NCBI GenBank assembly: GCA_963976765.1
Contig: CAXBME010000032.1
Span: 1 to 64,000 of the forward strand
Direction of reading: 5' to 3'
DNA length: 64,000 bases
Source of the DNA: an uncultured Planctomycetaceae bacterium
GTDB lineage: Bacteria; Planctomycetota; Planctomycetia; Planctomycetales; Planctomycetaceae
In this document: piece by piece, positions 39,063 through 48,848 of the stretch
How positions within the stretch are numbered: the stretch's first letter is position 1
Layout of the letters: each line of letters opens with the position of its first letter
Translations under genes and position numbers: made by a program
Notes under the pieces: model-generated
Databases searched by the model: none
Seen by the model: only the letters and a program-made list of their open reading frames with translations
What the model was told of the DNA's origin: nothing

Positions 39063-40412
39063 ATGCGATATTCGAGTGTTCTGTCCAGACGATTTATGCT
39101 GACGTGTGCGATGCTGGGGTTGGTGGATGCGGTGGCGTTTGTGCCCGTCCACTTGCTTCTGGCGGCTGAGTCAGCGGTTTCGGTGAAGGTGGTTCCTGAC
39201 AGGGAGTCGGCCGTCTACGAAGTCGGTGAAGACGCGATTTTTCTCATCACTGTCTCACAAGGTGACGAGCGTGTGAGCGAGGGGAGTGTCAGCTACGTCG
39301 TCGATGATTTTCTTTCAGTGGGAAAGGCCGCAGGATTACCGCAGGGAACGGCAGAACTGAAAGGCGGTTCGGCGCGAGTGACTGCAAAAGGCCGCCGTCC
39401 GGAGTTTCTTCGGTGCCAGGTAACCTACACACCGGCCAGTGGGAAGGCCGTTCGCGCCAGTGCTGGTGTGGGATTTTCGCCGGAGAAGATCGGTTTGAGT
39501 CTTCCAGTGCCGGATGATTTCGACGAGTTCTGGGCAGAACAGAAACGTCAGCTTGCCGAAGTCGCTCCTGATCCGGAATTGACGTCGGTCGACAGCAAAG
39601 TCAGTGGCGTCGAAAGTTTCGATGTGCAGGTTCAATGCCTCGGCGGTGCTCCGGTCTCTGGGTACTTCTCCAGGCCAGTCGGTGCCAAACCGAAAAGCCT
39701 GCCGATCGTGTTGTGGGTTCACGGAGCTGGCGTCCGCAGTTCGAGCCTTGGGAACTCGTTGAAAGGGGCTCAGTCCGGATTTCTATCGATGGACATCAAC
39801 GCTCACGGAAGTCCGAACGGCAAGCCGGCGTCGTTCTACACGCAACTGAACAACGGTGAGTTGAAGGATTATCGATATGCCGGACGCGAAAGTCGTGACT
39901 CGATCTATTTTCGAGGCATGTATCTGCGACTTGTCCGGGCGATTGATTTTTTGACAGCTCAGCCGGAGTGGGACGGTAAGACTGTCGTCGTGGTTGGTCA
40001 CAGCCAGGGCGGCGGGCAGTCGCTGGTTGCTGGCGGGATTGACGATCGCGTGACGTTTATCGCCCCTGGCGTTCCCGCGATTTGCGATCACTCCGGGAAT
40101 TCGGCGGGGCGAGTCAACGGTTGGCCAAAGCTCGTCCCGAACGGCACAGATGGAAAGCCGGACCCGCAGATTCAAATGGCTGCCCGCTATGTGGATGCCG
40201 TGAACTTTGCAACGCGATGCAAGGCTGAAGCCATCATGAGTGTGGGTTTCATCGACGCCGTCTGTCCGCCGTCGAGTTGTTACGCGGCGTACAACGCATT
40301 GCCGGGGAAAAAGAGCGTCATCAACGAACCGCTGATGGGGCACGCCGCTCCGGCGCACATTCACGAGGCATTCTGGGCCCGTATTCTGGAGCACGCTCAG
40401 CGGAGCCACTGA
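39063..40412 (+). CDS. Acetylxylan esterase (AXE1/CE7-like) alpha/beta hydrolase
   Basis: PDDFDEFW, GHSQGG nucleophile, DAVCPPS, MGH. Confidence 0.88.
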   Translation: MRYSSVLSRRFMLTCAMLGLVDAVAFVPVHLLLAAESAVSVKVVPDRESAVYEVGEDAIFLITVSQGDERVSEGSVSYVVDDFLSVGKAAGLPQGTAELKGGSARVTAKGRRPEFLRCQVTYTPASGKAVRASAGVGFSPEKIGLSLPVPDDFDEFWAEQKRQLAEVAPDPELTSVDSKVSGVESFDVQVQCLGGAPVSGYFSRPVGAKPKSLPIVLWVHGAGVRSSSLGNSLKGAQSGFLSMDINAHGSPNGKPASFYTQLNNGELKDYRYAGRESRDSIYFRGMYLRLVRAIDFLTAQPEWDGKTVVVVGHSQGGGQSLVAGGIDDRVTFIAPGVPAICDHSGNSAGRVNGWPKLVPNGTDGKPDPQIQMAARYVDAVNFATRCKAEAIMSVGFIDAVCPPSSCYAAYNALPGKKSVINEPLMGHAAPAHIHEAFWARILEHAQRSH

Positions 40413-40465
40413 GGAACAGGCAGCTTTGAAAGCAACGGCCCCGATACATCGAATGGAAGCATGCC

Positions 40466-41668
40466 ATGAAATTTGATCGACGAAGCTTTCTGGCGAGCGT
40501 TTCTGCGACGCTGGCCTGCCACAACTCTCGATTGTTTGCTGACCAGGCTTCGTCAGGTGATGGAAAGCTGAGCGTCGCAGCAATCGGTCATACGGGGCGA
40601 GGGAATTTCGGTCATGGTCTCGACACGGTCTGGTTGCATCTTCCGGAAACGGAAGTGATCGCAGCCTCCGATCCAGACCAGGCTGGACTGGCCGCTGAAC
40701 TGAGGAAGCTGAATATCGAACGGGGCTTTCTAGACTATCGACAGATGCTCGCCGAAGTTCGACCGGACATTGTCGCGGTGTGTCCTCGGCACGCCGATCA
40801 GCATCGAGACATGGTGGTCGCCTGCGCCCAGGCCGGTGTGAAAGGCATCTATATCGAGAAGCCTTTCTGTCGTACGCCGGCCGAGGCGGATGAGATGACG
40901 GCGGCGTGCAACGAACGCAAGGTGAAACTCGCCGTGGCACACCGGAACCGCTACCACCCGACGCTGGGTGTGATCGATCGGTTGATTGCCGACGGAAAGA
41001 TCGGTCGGTTGCTGGAGATTCGCGGACGGGGGAAAGGCGATCGACGTGGCGGAGCGGAAGATCTGTGGGTATTAGGCACGCACGTGCTGAACCTGATGGC
41101 GTACTTCGGCGGTGCTCCGACGAGTTGCTCGGGCGTGCTGCTGAACGACGGTCGGAAGATCAATCGGCACGATGTCAAAGAGGGAGCCGAAGGCCTGGGA
41201 CCAATGGGTGGCAACGAGGTCCATGCCCGGTATGAAATGTCGCGAGGTGTCGTTGGGTATTTCGACTCGATCGCAAACGACGGCACAAAGTCGGCGGGCT
41301 TCGGTCTGCAACTGGTCGGCAGCGAAGGCATCGTCAACATTCAGTGCGACAAGCATCCGCTGGCCTGGCTGTGTCCCGGAAATCCTTTTGCACCAACAAA
41401 GGAGCCGCGACCGTGGATTCCGATTTCGACGGCTGGTGTCGGGCTGCCTGAACCTCGGGACGACCTTTCGGAACTGGTCAGCCATCACGGCGCTCCGGCA
41501 CGCGATCTGGTTCTGTCCATTCGTGAGGATCGGCAACCAGTCTGCAACCTCGCTGAAGGCGCGTTGACGGTCGAGATGGTCTGCGCCGTTTTTGAATCAC
41601 ACCGTCTTGGCAGTCAGGCGGTTGAGTTTCCACTCAAAGAACGTGAGAACTCGCTCACAAATCTGTAG
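40466..41668 (+). CDS. Gfo/Idh/MocA oxidoreductase, Tat signal
   Basis: DRRSFL, YIEKP, VAHRNRY, LGTH. Confidence 0.88.
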   Translation: MKFDRRSFLASVSATLACHNSRLFADQASSGDGKLSVAAIGHTGRGNFGHGLDTVWLHLPETEVIAASDPDQAGLAAELRKLNIERGFLDYRQMLAEVRPDIVAVCPRHADQHRDMVVACAQAGVKGIYIEKPFCRTPAEADEMTAACNERKVKLAVAHRNRYHPTLGVIDRLIADGKIGRLLEIRGRGKGDRRGGAEDLWVLGTHVLNLMAYFGGAPTSCSGVLLNDGRKINRHDVKEGAEGLGPMGGNEVHARYEMSRGVVGYFDSIANDGTKSAGFGLQLVGSEGIVNIQCDKHPLAWLCPGNPFAPTKEPRPWIPISTAGVGLPEPRDDLSELVSHHGAPARDLVLSIREDRQPVCNLAEGALTVEMVCAVFESHRLGSQAVEFPLKERENSLTNL

Positions 41669-41808
41669 TCGCATCGAAGTGGTTTCCGGCGAAGTTTATG
41701 TTGAGGTCTTGCCACCAACCCGGTGAAAGCAGCCTCGTGTGAGCGACATTGCCGACGCGATACGATGCGACCTGCGAATGGCTTCATGACTTTCAGGAGT
41801 TGGCTCAC

Positions 41809-44127
41809 GTGGCGAGTTTTGCATTGCGAATCGTTGTGCTGTTTCTGGTGGTGAGCGTCTCGGTTGTAGCGGAGTCTGCGGACGAAGTGGTCCGGTTTAA
41901 CCGGGATGTGCGACCGATCCTGGCGAAGAACTGTTTTGCCTGTCACGGGCCGGATGAAGGCACTCGTGAGGCAAATCTTCGACTGGATTTGTCTGAGGGA
42001 GCGACCGCAGTGCTCGATGGTCGACGGGCAGTGGTTCCAGGGCAGCCGGAGAAGAGTGAGCTGGTTGCCCGCATCGAGAGTGATGATCCTGACTTAAGAA
42101 TGCCGCCTCCGGACAGTGGTCACGAACTGTCGGACGCTGAAAAGAACCTGCTGCGAAACTGGATCGCCGAAGGTGGCGAATACAACGTTCACTGGGCATT
42201 CACTCGACCGGCGAAGAGCGACCTGCCGTCGGTCCAACAGGCTGATTGGCCGAAACACGTGATTGACTATTTCGTGCTTGCTCGGCTGGAAGCGGAAAAA
42301 CTGGCTCCGTCTGAACAGGCTGACCGTTACCGATTGATCCGGCGTGTTTCGCTCGACCTGACGGGCCTGCCGCCGACTCCTGAAGAGGCCGATGCCTTTA
42401 TTGCCGACTCAAGTCGTGATGCGTTCGAGAAAGTCGTTGATCGGCTGCTTGCTTCGGAAGCGTACGGTGAACGCTGGGCCCGGATGTGGCTGGACCTGGC
42501 TCGGTATGCCGACACGAAGGGCTACGAAAAGGACCGGCATCGCGACATCTGGAAGTACCGTGACTGGGTGATCAACGCTTTGAATCAGGACATGCCCTTC
42601 GACCAGTTTACGATCGAACAACTGGCCGGCGACCTGCTGCCTACGGCGACGGAAGAGCAGATCCTGGCGACGGCGTTTCATCGAAACACGATGACGAACG
42701 ACGAGGGCGGAACTGACAACGAAGAGTTTCGTATTGCTGCGGTGAAGGACCGAGTCGACACAACGTTGCAGGTCTGGATGGGGCTGACGATGGGCTGCGC
42801 GAAGTGCCACTCGCACAAGTACGACCCGATCAGCCAGCAGGACTATTACTCGTTCTACGCGTTCTTCAACCAGACCGAAGACGCCGATCGTTCCGACGAT
42901 TATCCGGTGCTGCCGCAACCGACGCCGGAACAGACCTCGCAGATGACCAGTCTCGAAAGTGACATCAAGGCACTGAAGGAAAAACAGAAGTCCGAGCCGG
43001 GTGAAGCTGTCGAGAAGCTCCTGAAGGACCAGGAGAATAAACTGAAAGACCTTCGAAAAGCCGTGACGACGACTCCGATTATGAAGGAGCTGGGTGAAAA
43101 CAAACGGCGCGAAACCCGGATTCATCAGCGCGGCAATTTTCTCGATCCTGGTGAAAGAGTTGAGCCGGCAGTGCTCGACATCTTTGGCAATTCGAACGAC
43201 GATCGTCCATCCAGCCGGCTGGGAGTGGCTCAATGGATCATGCAGCCAGAGAACCCGTTGACCGCTCGGGTGATGGTGAATCGCGTCTGGGCGAGACTGT
43301 TTGGAGTCGGACTGGTTGAGACCGAAGAGGACTTTGGGACGCAGGGAATGATGCCGTCGCATCGTGAGCTGCTCGACTGGCTGGCCGTTGATTTTCGAGA
43401 GAATGGCTGGTCGATGAAGAAGTTGATTCGAAACATCGTCCTGTCCTCCACTTATCAACAGTCGGCCGCGGTCACTCCAGAGACTCTTGCGGCTGATCCA
43501 CGAAATATTCTGCTCAGCCGTGGACCGCGATTTCGTTTGTCTGCGGAAATGGTGCGAGACCAGGCGTTGGCGGTTTCGGGGTTATTGACACAAAAGCTGG
43601 GTGGGTCTTCAGTGATGCCTCCGCAGCCTGAGGGGGTCTGGAAATCGACTTACAACGCATTGCAATGGCAGGACTCGATCGGCCCGAATCGTTACCGCCG
43701 AGGTCTTTACACCTATTGGAAACGCACCAGTCCTTATCCGGCGATGACAACGTTCGACGCGGGGAGCGGCGAGGTTTGTCAGATTCGACGAGTCAGAACC
43801 AACACGCCGCTTCAGGCGCTGGTCACGTTGAATGATCCGGCGTTCGTTGAAGCAGCGGGGGCTCTGGCTGGAAGAATGATGGAAGCCGACGGGGAACTGG
43901 CAGACAGGATCAATCGAGGACTCCGCCTGACGTTGATAAGACACCCTCGTCCCGAGGAAACATCGACGCTTGTTGAGCTCTACGAGTCACTGATCGCGCA
44001 GTACAGAAACGACAGAGAGTCAGCTTCGAAACTCAGTAAAGCGGCAGGACTTGAAGGTGGAGACGCGGCGATGATCGCCGTTGCCAACGTGCTGCTCAAT
44101 CTGGATGAAACGCTGACGAAACCGTAG
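41809..44127 (+). CDS. Planctomycete cytochrome c (PSCyt1) + DUF1549 + DUF1553 protein
   Basis: FNRDVRPILAKNCFACHGPD, DLTGLPPT, CAKCHSHKYDP, NPLTARVMVNR, TNTPLQAL; AGGAG RBS before GTG 41809. Confidence 0.9.
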   Translation: MASFALRIVVLFLVVSVSVVAESADEVVRFNRDVRPILAKNCFACHGPDEGTREANLRLDLSEGATAVLDGRRAVVPGQPEKSELVARIESDDPDLRMPPPDSGHELSDAEKNLLRNWIAEGGEYNVHWAFTRPAKSDLPSVQQADWPKHVIDYFVLARLEAEKLAPSEQADRYRLIRRVSLDLTGLPPTPEEADAFIADSSRDAFEKVVDRLLASEAYGERWARMWLDLARYADTKGYEKDRHRDIWKYRDWVINALNQDMPFDQFTIEQLAGDLLPTATEEQILATAFHRNTMTNDEGGTDNEEFRIAAVKDRVDTTLQVWMGLTMGCAKCHSHKYDPISQQDYYSFYAFFNQTEDADRSDDYPVLPQPTPEQTSQMTSLESDIKALKEKQKSEPGEAVEKLLKDQENKLKDLRKAVTTTPIMKELGENKRRETRIHQRGNFLDPGERVEPAVLDIFGNSNDDRPSSRLGVAQWIMQPENPLTARVMVNRVWARLFGVGLVETEEDFGTQGMMPSHRELLDWLAVDFRENGWSMKKLIRNIVLSSTYQQSAAVTPETLAADPRNILLSRGPRFRLSAEMVRDQALAVSGLLTQKLGGSSVMPPQPEGVWKSTYNALQWQDSIGPNRYRRGLYTYWKRTSPYPAMTTFDAGSGEVCQIRRVRTNTPLQALVTLNDPAFVEAAGALAGRMMEADGELADRINRGLRLTLIRHPRPEETSTLVELYESLIAQYRNDRESASKLSKAAGLEGGDAAMIAVANVLLNLDETLTKP

Positions 44128-44130
44128 TCA

Positions 44131-44193
44131 GTAAGGTGCATCTCGACGCACCAGTACAAACGATTTGAGACGGTGCGTCAGGACGCACCCTGT
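44131..44193. repeat. GTAG-type REP doublet (REPIN-like)
   Basis: GTAAGGTGCATC-TC-GACGCACC ... GGTGCGTC-AG-GACGCACCCTGT, inverted pair in an intergenic gap. Confidence 0.7.
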
Positions 44194-44226
44194 GATTGTT
44201 GCCGACTCTGTTTGAAAGTGATTGCG

Positions 44227-45726
44227 ATGCAACTTCCGATTCCGCTCGTAAAATCGCAGGCCGTGACGAGGCGGCATTTCTTCGGGCAGGCAGGGCTTGG
44301 CTTCGGGGCGATGGCTCTGCAGTCACTGCTTGGTCGAGACGGTGTCGCGGCAGTGCAGGGGGATCGAATTCCGGCGAAGGCAAAGTCGATTATTTATCTG
44401 CACATGGCTGGCTCGCCGTCGCAGTTGGAGCTGTTTGAAGACAAGCCTGCGCTGACGAAGTTTCACGGACAGGAATGTCCGAAAGAGTACCTCGAAGGAA
44501 AACGGTTTGCCTTCATTAAGGGCACGCCAAAGATGCTGGGGCCGCAGTTCAAGTATCAGAAGCACGGAGAAACCGGACAGACTCTCAGTGAGCTGCTGCC
44601 CGGCCTGGCATCGATCAGCGACGACGTCTGCGTCATTCGGTCATTGCATACTGAGCAGTTCAATCATTCACCGGCTCAACTGCTGCTTCAGACTGGGAAT
44701 GCAAGACTGGGTTATCCGTCGATCGGTTCGTGGGTGAATTACGGACTGGGCAGCGAGAATGAAAATCTGCCGGGTTTTGTCGTGCTGGCCTCGGGGGGCA
44801 AAACGCCGAGTGCTGGTAAGTCGCTTTGGGGATCGGGATTTCTGCCGACGGTCTACCAGGGAATTCAATGTCGAACGGATGGCGGCGATCCGATTCTTTA
44901 TCTGTCGAATCCTGCAGGAATGAGCCGAGAGGCAAGGCGAAAAACGCTCGACGCGATTCGCGACCTCAACAGCTTCGAACATCAGCACATTGGCGATCCG
45001 GAAACGCTCACGCGGATCGCTCAGTACGAGCTGTCTTACCGAATGCAGATGTCTGTTCCCGAAGTCATGGATATCAGTAGAGAACCGAAGCACATTCTGG
45101 AACTCTACGGCGCACAGCCTGGGTATGTTTCTGAATCAGAAAATGCTGCTGATCCGCGAGTTCTCTACAAGGGAAACGATCCGACGTTTGCCAACAACTG
45201 TCTGCTGGCCAGAAGGCTGGTGGAGAACGGTGTGCGGTTTGTGCAGCTTTACGATTGGGGCTGGGATCATCACGGTTCGTCGCCCGGCGAATCGGTCGAC
45301 GAGACGCTGCCGATCAAGTGTCAGCAGATTGACCGCGCGATTGCCGGGCTGGTTAAGGACCTGAAGCAGCGAGGATTGCTTGACGAAACACTGATCGTGT
45401 GGGGCGGCGAGTTTGGCCGAACGCCAATGATGCAGAACAACGTTCACAAGGAACTGAAGAAAGGGTTTATCGGGAGAGATCATCACCCTCATGCGTTTAC
45501 GATGTGGATGGCCGGAGGCGGAATCAAACCGGGTTCGTACGGCGGCACGGACGACATAGGGTACTACATCGACGAGAATCCCATGAGCATTCGCGACTTG
45601 CAGGCGACAATTCTTCATCAAATCGGCATCGACCCGCACCGTTTCAGTTTTGCGTATGAAGGGCTCAACCAGCGTCTGATCGGGCCGACCGATGAAGGTC
45701 GAGTCGTTCAGGAAATCATCAGTTAG
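44227..45726 (+). CDS. DUF1501 domain-containing protein
   Basis: TRRHFF, HMAGSPSQLELF, CLLARRLVENGVRFVQ, WDHH, GEFGRTP, GRDHHP. Confidence 0.92.
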   Translation: MQLPIPLVKSQAVTRRHFFGQAGLGFGAMALQSLLGRDGVAAVQGDRIPAKAKSIIYLHMAGSPSQLELFEDKPALTKFHGQECPKEYLEGKRFAFIKGTPKMLGPQFKYQKHGETGQTLSELLPGLASISDDVCVIRSLHTEQFNHSPAQLLLQTGNARLGYPSIGSWVNYGLGSENENLPGFVVLASGGKTPSAGKSLWGSGFLPTVYQGIQCRTDGGDPILYLSNPAGMSREARRKTLDAIRDLNSFEHQHIGDPETLTRIAQYELSYRMQMSVPEVMDISREPKHILELYGAQPGYVSESENAADPRVLYKGNDPTFANNCLLARRLVENGVRFVQLYDWGWDHHGSSPGESVDETLPIKCQQIDRAIAGLVKDLKQRGLLDETLIVWGGEFGRTPMMQNNVHKELKKGFIGRDHHPHAFTMWMAGGGIKPGSYGGTDDIGYYIDENPMSIRDLQATILHQIGIDPHRFSFAYEGLNQRLIGPTDEGRVVQEIIS

Positions 45727-45743
45727 GAAGTTCGCACTTTGTC

Positions 45744-48700
45744 ATGAAGTTTCACAGTCTCTGTCTCTGCATTGTTGTGTTTGTTTTTGCAACGCACTCG
45801 CGGACCGTGCCGGCGCGCGAGATCGATTTCAATCGTGACGTCCGACCAATCATTTCTGACAACTGTTTCGCCTGTCACGGGTTTGATAAGGGCACGCGAA
45901 AAGGTGAGTTGCGGTTGGACCAGCGCGAGGCCGCCACCGAAGATCGAGGCGGCTATGCAGTGATTGTTCCCGGCAAGCCGGAAGAAAGTGCTCTCATCAA
46001 ACGCGTGACGTCGACCGATCCCGACCTGGTCATGCCGCCCGCTGATTCTCACAAGAAGCCGCTGGACAGGAAGTCGGTCGAAGTCCTGACAGAATGGATT
46101 CGACAAGGGGCTCCGTGGGGCCAGCACTGGTCGTTCGTTCGTCCACAACGATCGACTGTTCCGGTTGATGGCGTGCATCCAATCGATTTTTTTGTTCAAC
46201 AACGGTTGGTCGAGTCGAAGCTTGAACTGGCAAATCAGGCGGCCAATCACACGCTGATTCGGCGGCTTTCGTTCGACCTGACGGGCTTGCCTCCCGACGC
46301 GGACCTGGTGAAGAGTTTTCCGCAGTCGCCAACGTCACAGGACTGGAATCGTCTGGTCGATCAACTGCTGGCATCACCTCATTTTGGCGAGCGGATGGCG
46401 ATGTGGTGGCTCGACGGAGCCCGGTACAGCGACACCGATGGCTTTCAGGCAGACGCCACTCGTGCTAACTGGCCGTGGCGGGACTGGGTGGTCGACAGTT
46501 TCAATCAGAACAAACCGTTCGATGAATTTACGATCGAACAGTTTGCCGGCGATCTGCTGCCCGACGCGACTCCCGAGCAAATTCTGGCAACGTGTTTTCA
46601 CCGCAACCACATGAACAACGGCGAGGGCGGTCGCGACAAAGAAGAGTCGCGCGTTGACTACGTGCTTGACCGCGCGAACACGACAGGCACGGTGTTTCTG
46701 GGACTGACTCTGGGCTGCACGCAGTGCCACGACCACAAGTTCGATCCGATTTCTCAGAACGATTACTACAGCCTGACGGCCTACTTCAACAGCATTGATG
46801 AGACTGGTGCTGCTGGCGGCGGGGCGAAGCCGTATCTCAAGTACAAGTCGCCCTATGCTCAACGGGCAGTCGAGGAAGCATCTGCTCTGGTCAAGGTAAC
46901 CGACGCCGAACTCGCGAGTGTCCAGAAGCAGGCTGAGGCGGAATTTGTTCCGTGGCTCGATGAGCAGATCAGAAGAACGAGGGATGGTTTTCAACCGTGG
47001 ACGACGATTGTTCCCACGCGGCTGGCCACGACCGAGGGATACCAACTGCGACGCGAACCAGATGGCATCATCGCGTCGGCTCCGGCTGACTTTTCACAGG
47101 ACGACTTCGTCATTACGGTCGCGGCTACGGAGCTGGATCGAATTTCAGGGTTGCGACTGGAAGTGTTTCCGCACGCTTCGCACACTGACGGCAAGTATTC
47201 GTTCAGCGATACCGGCGAGTTCATTCTGACGAACGTCAAACTGTTGGTTAGAAAAAAAAGCAGCGCGCAGATTCGTGAAGTCTCACTGGCGTCGGCTGTG
47301 GCCGATGTCGAAGGAGTCGGCTCGGATTCAAGTTACAAGTCGGTTCGCGACACGCTGGACGACGATCCCCGCAAAGGCTGGACGACTCGCATGAAGCCGT
47401 CAGATGTTACTCACACGGCGGTGTTTGCTCTGGAAGAACCGCTGGTTCTGGCGAGCGGCGAGGAGCTTGACATTGTGCTGATGCAGCGCTCGCTGGCGCC
47501 GCGGGAATTGATGGGCCGGTTTCGGCTCAGCGCGACAGATCAACGCGGGACAGCCGTACGATCGTTATCGCCGATGCCACTCGAGCAACTCGCCGGGCTT
47601 CAGGCGGCGGCTGGGGAATCGCCTCTGGACGCGTCTAAGATTGATTCTGAACTGCGAAAGAAACTACTCGGTCAGTTTCTGGAAGATCATGCCGCCTGGC
47701 AGGCAGCGAAGCAGCGGAACGATCTGGCGAAGAGTCAATTGGGCTTTGCAAAGAAGGCGGCTGATGATCAGAACGTGACGGTGCTTGGGGAGCGGAAGGA
47801 ACCTCGCCAGACATACGTTCTGGAAAGAGGCGTCTGGAACAAACACGGCGAAGAAGTTCAGCGAGCCGTGTTGCCTGCGGTTCTGAAAATGCCGGCGGCT
47901 GAAGTTTCGAGTCGGCTTGAACTGGGCCGCTGGATTGTTTCGTCAGACAACCCGCTGACCGCGAGAGTCATTTCGAATCAGGTCTGGCAATTGTTTTTTG
48001 GAGCCGGCCTGGTCTGGACGCCTGCAGATTTCGGGTTGCAGGGGGAGTCGCCGACGCATCCGAAGCTGCTTGACTGGCTGGCCGTCGAATTGATGGAGAG
48101 TGGCTGGGATCTCAAGCATCTGGTTCGGACAATTGTCACCAGCCAGACCTATCGTCAGGACAGTGCTGTTTCGGCAGAGCTGCTGGAGCTTGATCCGGAG
48201 AATCGTTTACTGGCACGCGGAGCACGTTTTCGGTTGCCAAGCTGGATGATTCGCGACGCCGCGCTGAAATCCAGCGGACTGTTGAATGAGGCAACCGGTG
48301 GGCCGCCGGTGTTTCCGTATCAGCCGCCAGGTGTCTGGCGCGATCAGTTCATGGGGCGGTTCGTTTATCAACCAGACATCGGTCCGGCTCAGTATCGGCG
48401 AACGTTGTACGCGTTCTGGAGGCGGACGAGTGCTCCGACTTTTCTCTTTGACTCAGCGATGCGGCGGACTTGCGAAGTCGTTCCTCGCCGCACGAATACT
48501 CCGCTGCACGCACTGACTTTGCTCAACGACACGACCTCTCTGGAAGCCGCTCGGACGTTGGCTGACGCTGCGATCACAATCGCACCGGATGATCTGTCGC
48601 GACGAATTGAGTTTCTGTTCTGGCGAGTGCTCAGCCGCAATCCAGCGCCGAACGAGACTGATCGAGTCCTGCTGGGACAGTACAACGCGGCGAAGGCTTA

Positions 48701-48848
48701 TTACGACAAACATTCAGAGGACGCTGCTGCGTTCACGACGGTTGGGCAGTTGGCCGCTCCCGATCAGGCGTTGGTATCCGATGTCGCGGCGACGATGCTT
48801 CTGGCGAATCTGCTGCTGAATCTGGATGAGGGGATGACTCATGAATGA
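45744..48848 (+). CDS. PSCyt1 + DUF1549 + inserted domain + DUF1553 protein
   Basis: CFACHG, CTQCHDHKFDP, NPLTARV, TNTPLHAL; central beta-rich insertion. Confidence 0.9.
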   Translation: MKFHSLCLCIVVFVFATHSRTVPAREIDFNRDVRPIISDNCFACHGFDKGTRKGELRLDQREAATEDRGGYAVIVPGKPEESALIKRVTSTDPDLVMPPADSHKKPLDRKSVEVLTEWIRQGAPWGQHWSFVRPQRSTVPVDGVHPIDFFVQQRLVESKLELANQAANHTLIRRLSFDLTGLPPDADLVKSFPQSPTSQDWNRLVDQLLASPHFGERMAMWWLDGARYSDTDGFQADATRANWPWRDWVVDSFNQNKPFDEFTIEQFAGDLLPDATPEQILATCFHRNHMNNGEGGRDKEESRVDYVLDRANTTGTVFLGLTLGCTQCHDHKFDPISQNDYYSLTAYFNSIDETGAAGGGAKPYLKYKSPYAQRAVEEASALVKVTDAELASVQKQAEAEFVPWLDEQIRRTRDGFQPWTTIVPTRLATTEGYQLRREPDGIIASAPADFSQDDFVITVAATELDRISGLRLEVFPHASHTDGKYSFSDTGEFILTNVKLLVRKKSSAQIREVSLASAVADVEGVGSDSSYKSVRDTLDDDPRKGWTTRMKPSDVTHTAVFALEEPLVLASGEELDIVLMQRSLAPRELMGRFRLSATDQRGTAVRSLSPMPLEQLAGLQAAAGESPLDASKIDSELRKKLLGQFLEDHAAWQAAKQRNDLAKSQLGFAKKAADDQNVTVLGERKEPRQTYVLERGVWNKHGEEVQRAVLPAVLKMPAAEVSSRLELGRWIVSSDNPLTARVISNQVWQLFFGAGLVWTPADFGLQGESPTHPKLLDWLAVELMESGWDLKHLVRTIVTSQTYRQDSAVSAELLELDPENRLLARGARFRLPSWMIRDAALKSSGLLNEATGGPPVFPYQPPGVWRDQFMGRFVYQPDIGPAQYRRTLYAFWRRTSAPTFLFDSAMRRTCEVVPRRTNTPLHALTLLNDTTSLEAARTLADAAITIAPDDLSRRIEFLFWRVLSRNPAPNETDRVLLGQYNAAKAYYDKHSEDAAAFTTVGQLAAPDQALVSDVAATMLLANLLLNLDEGMTHE

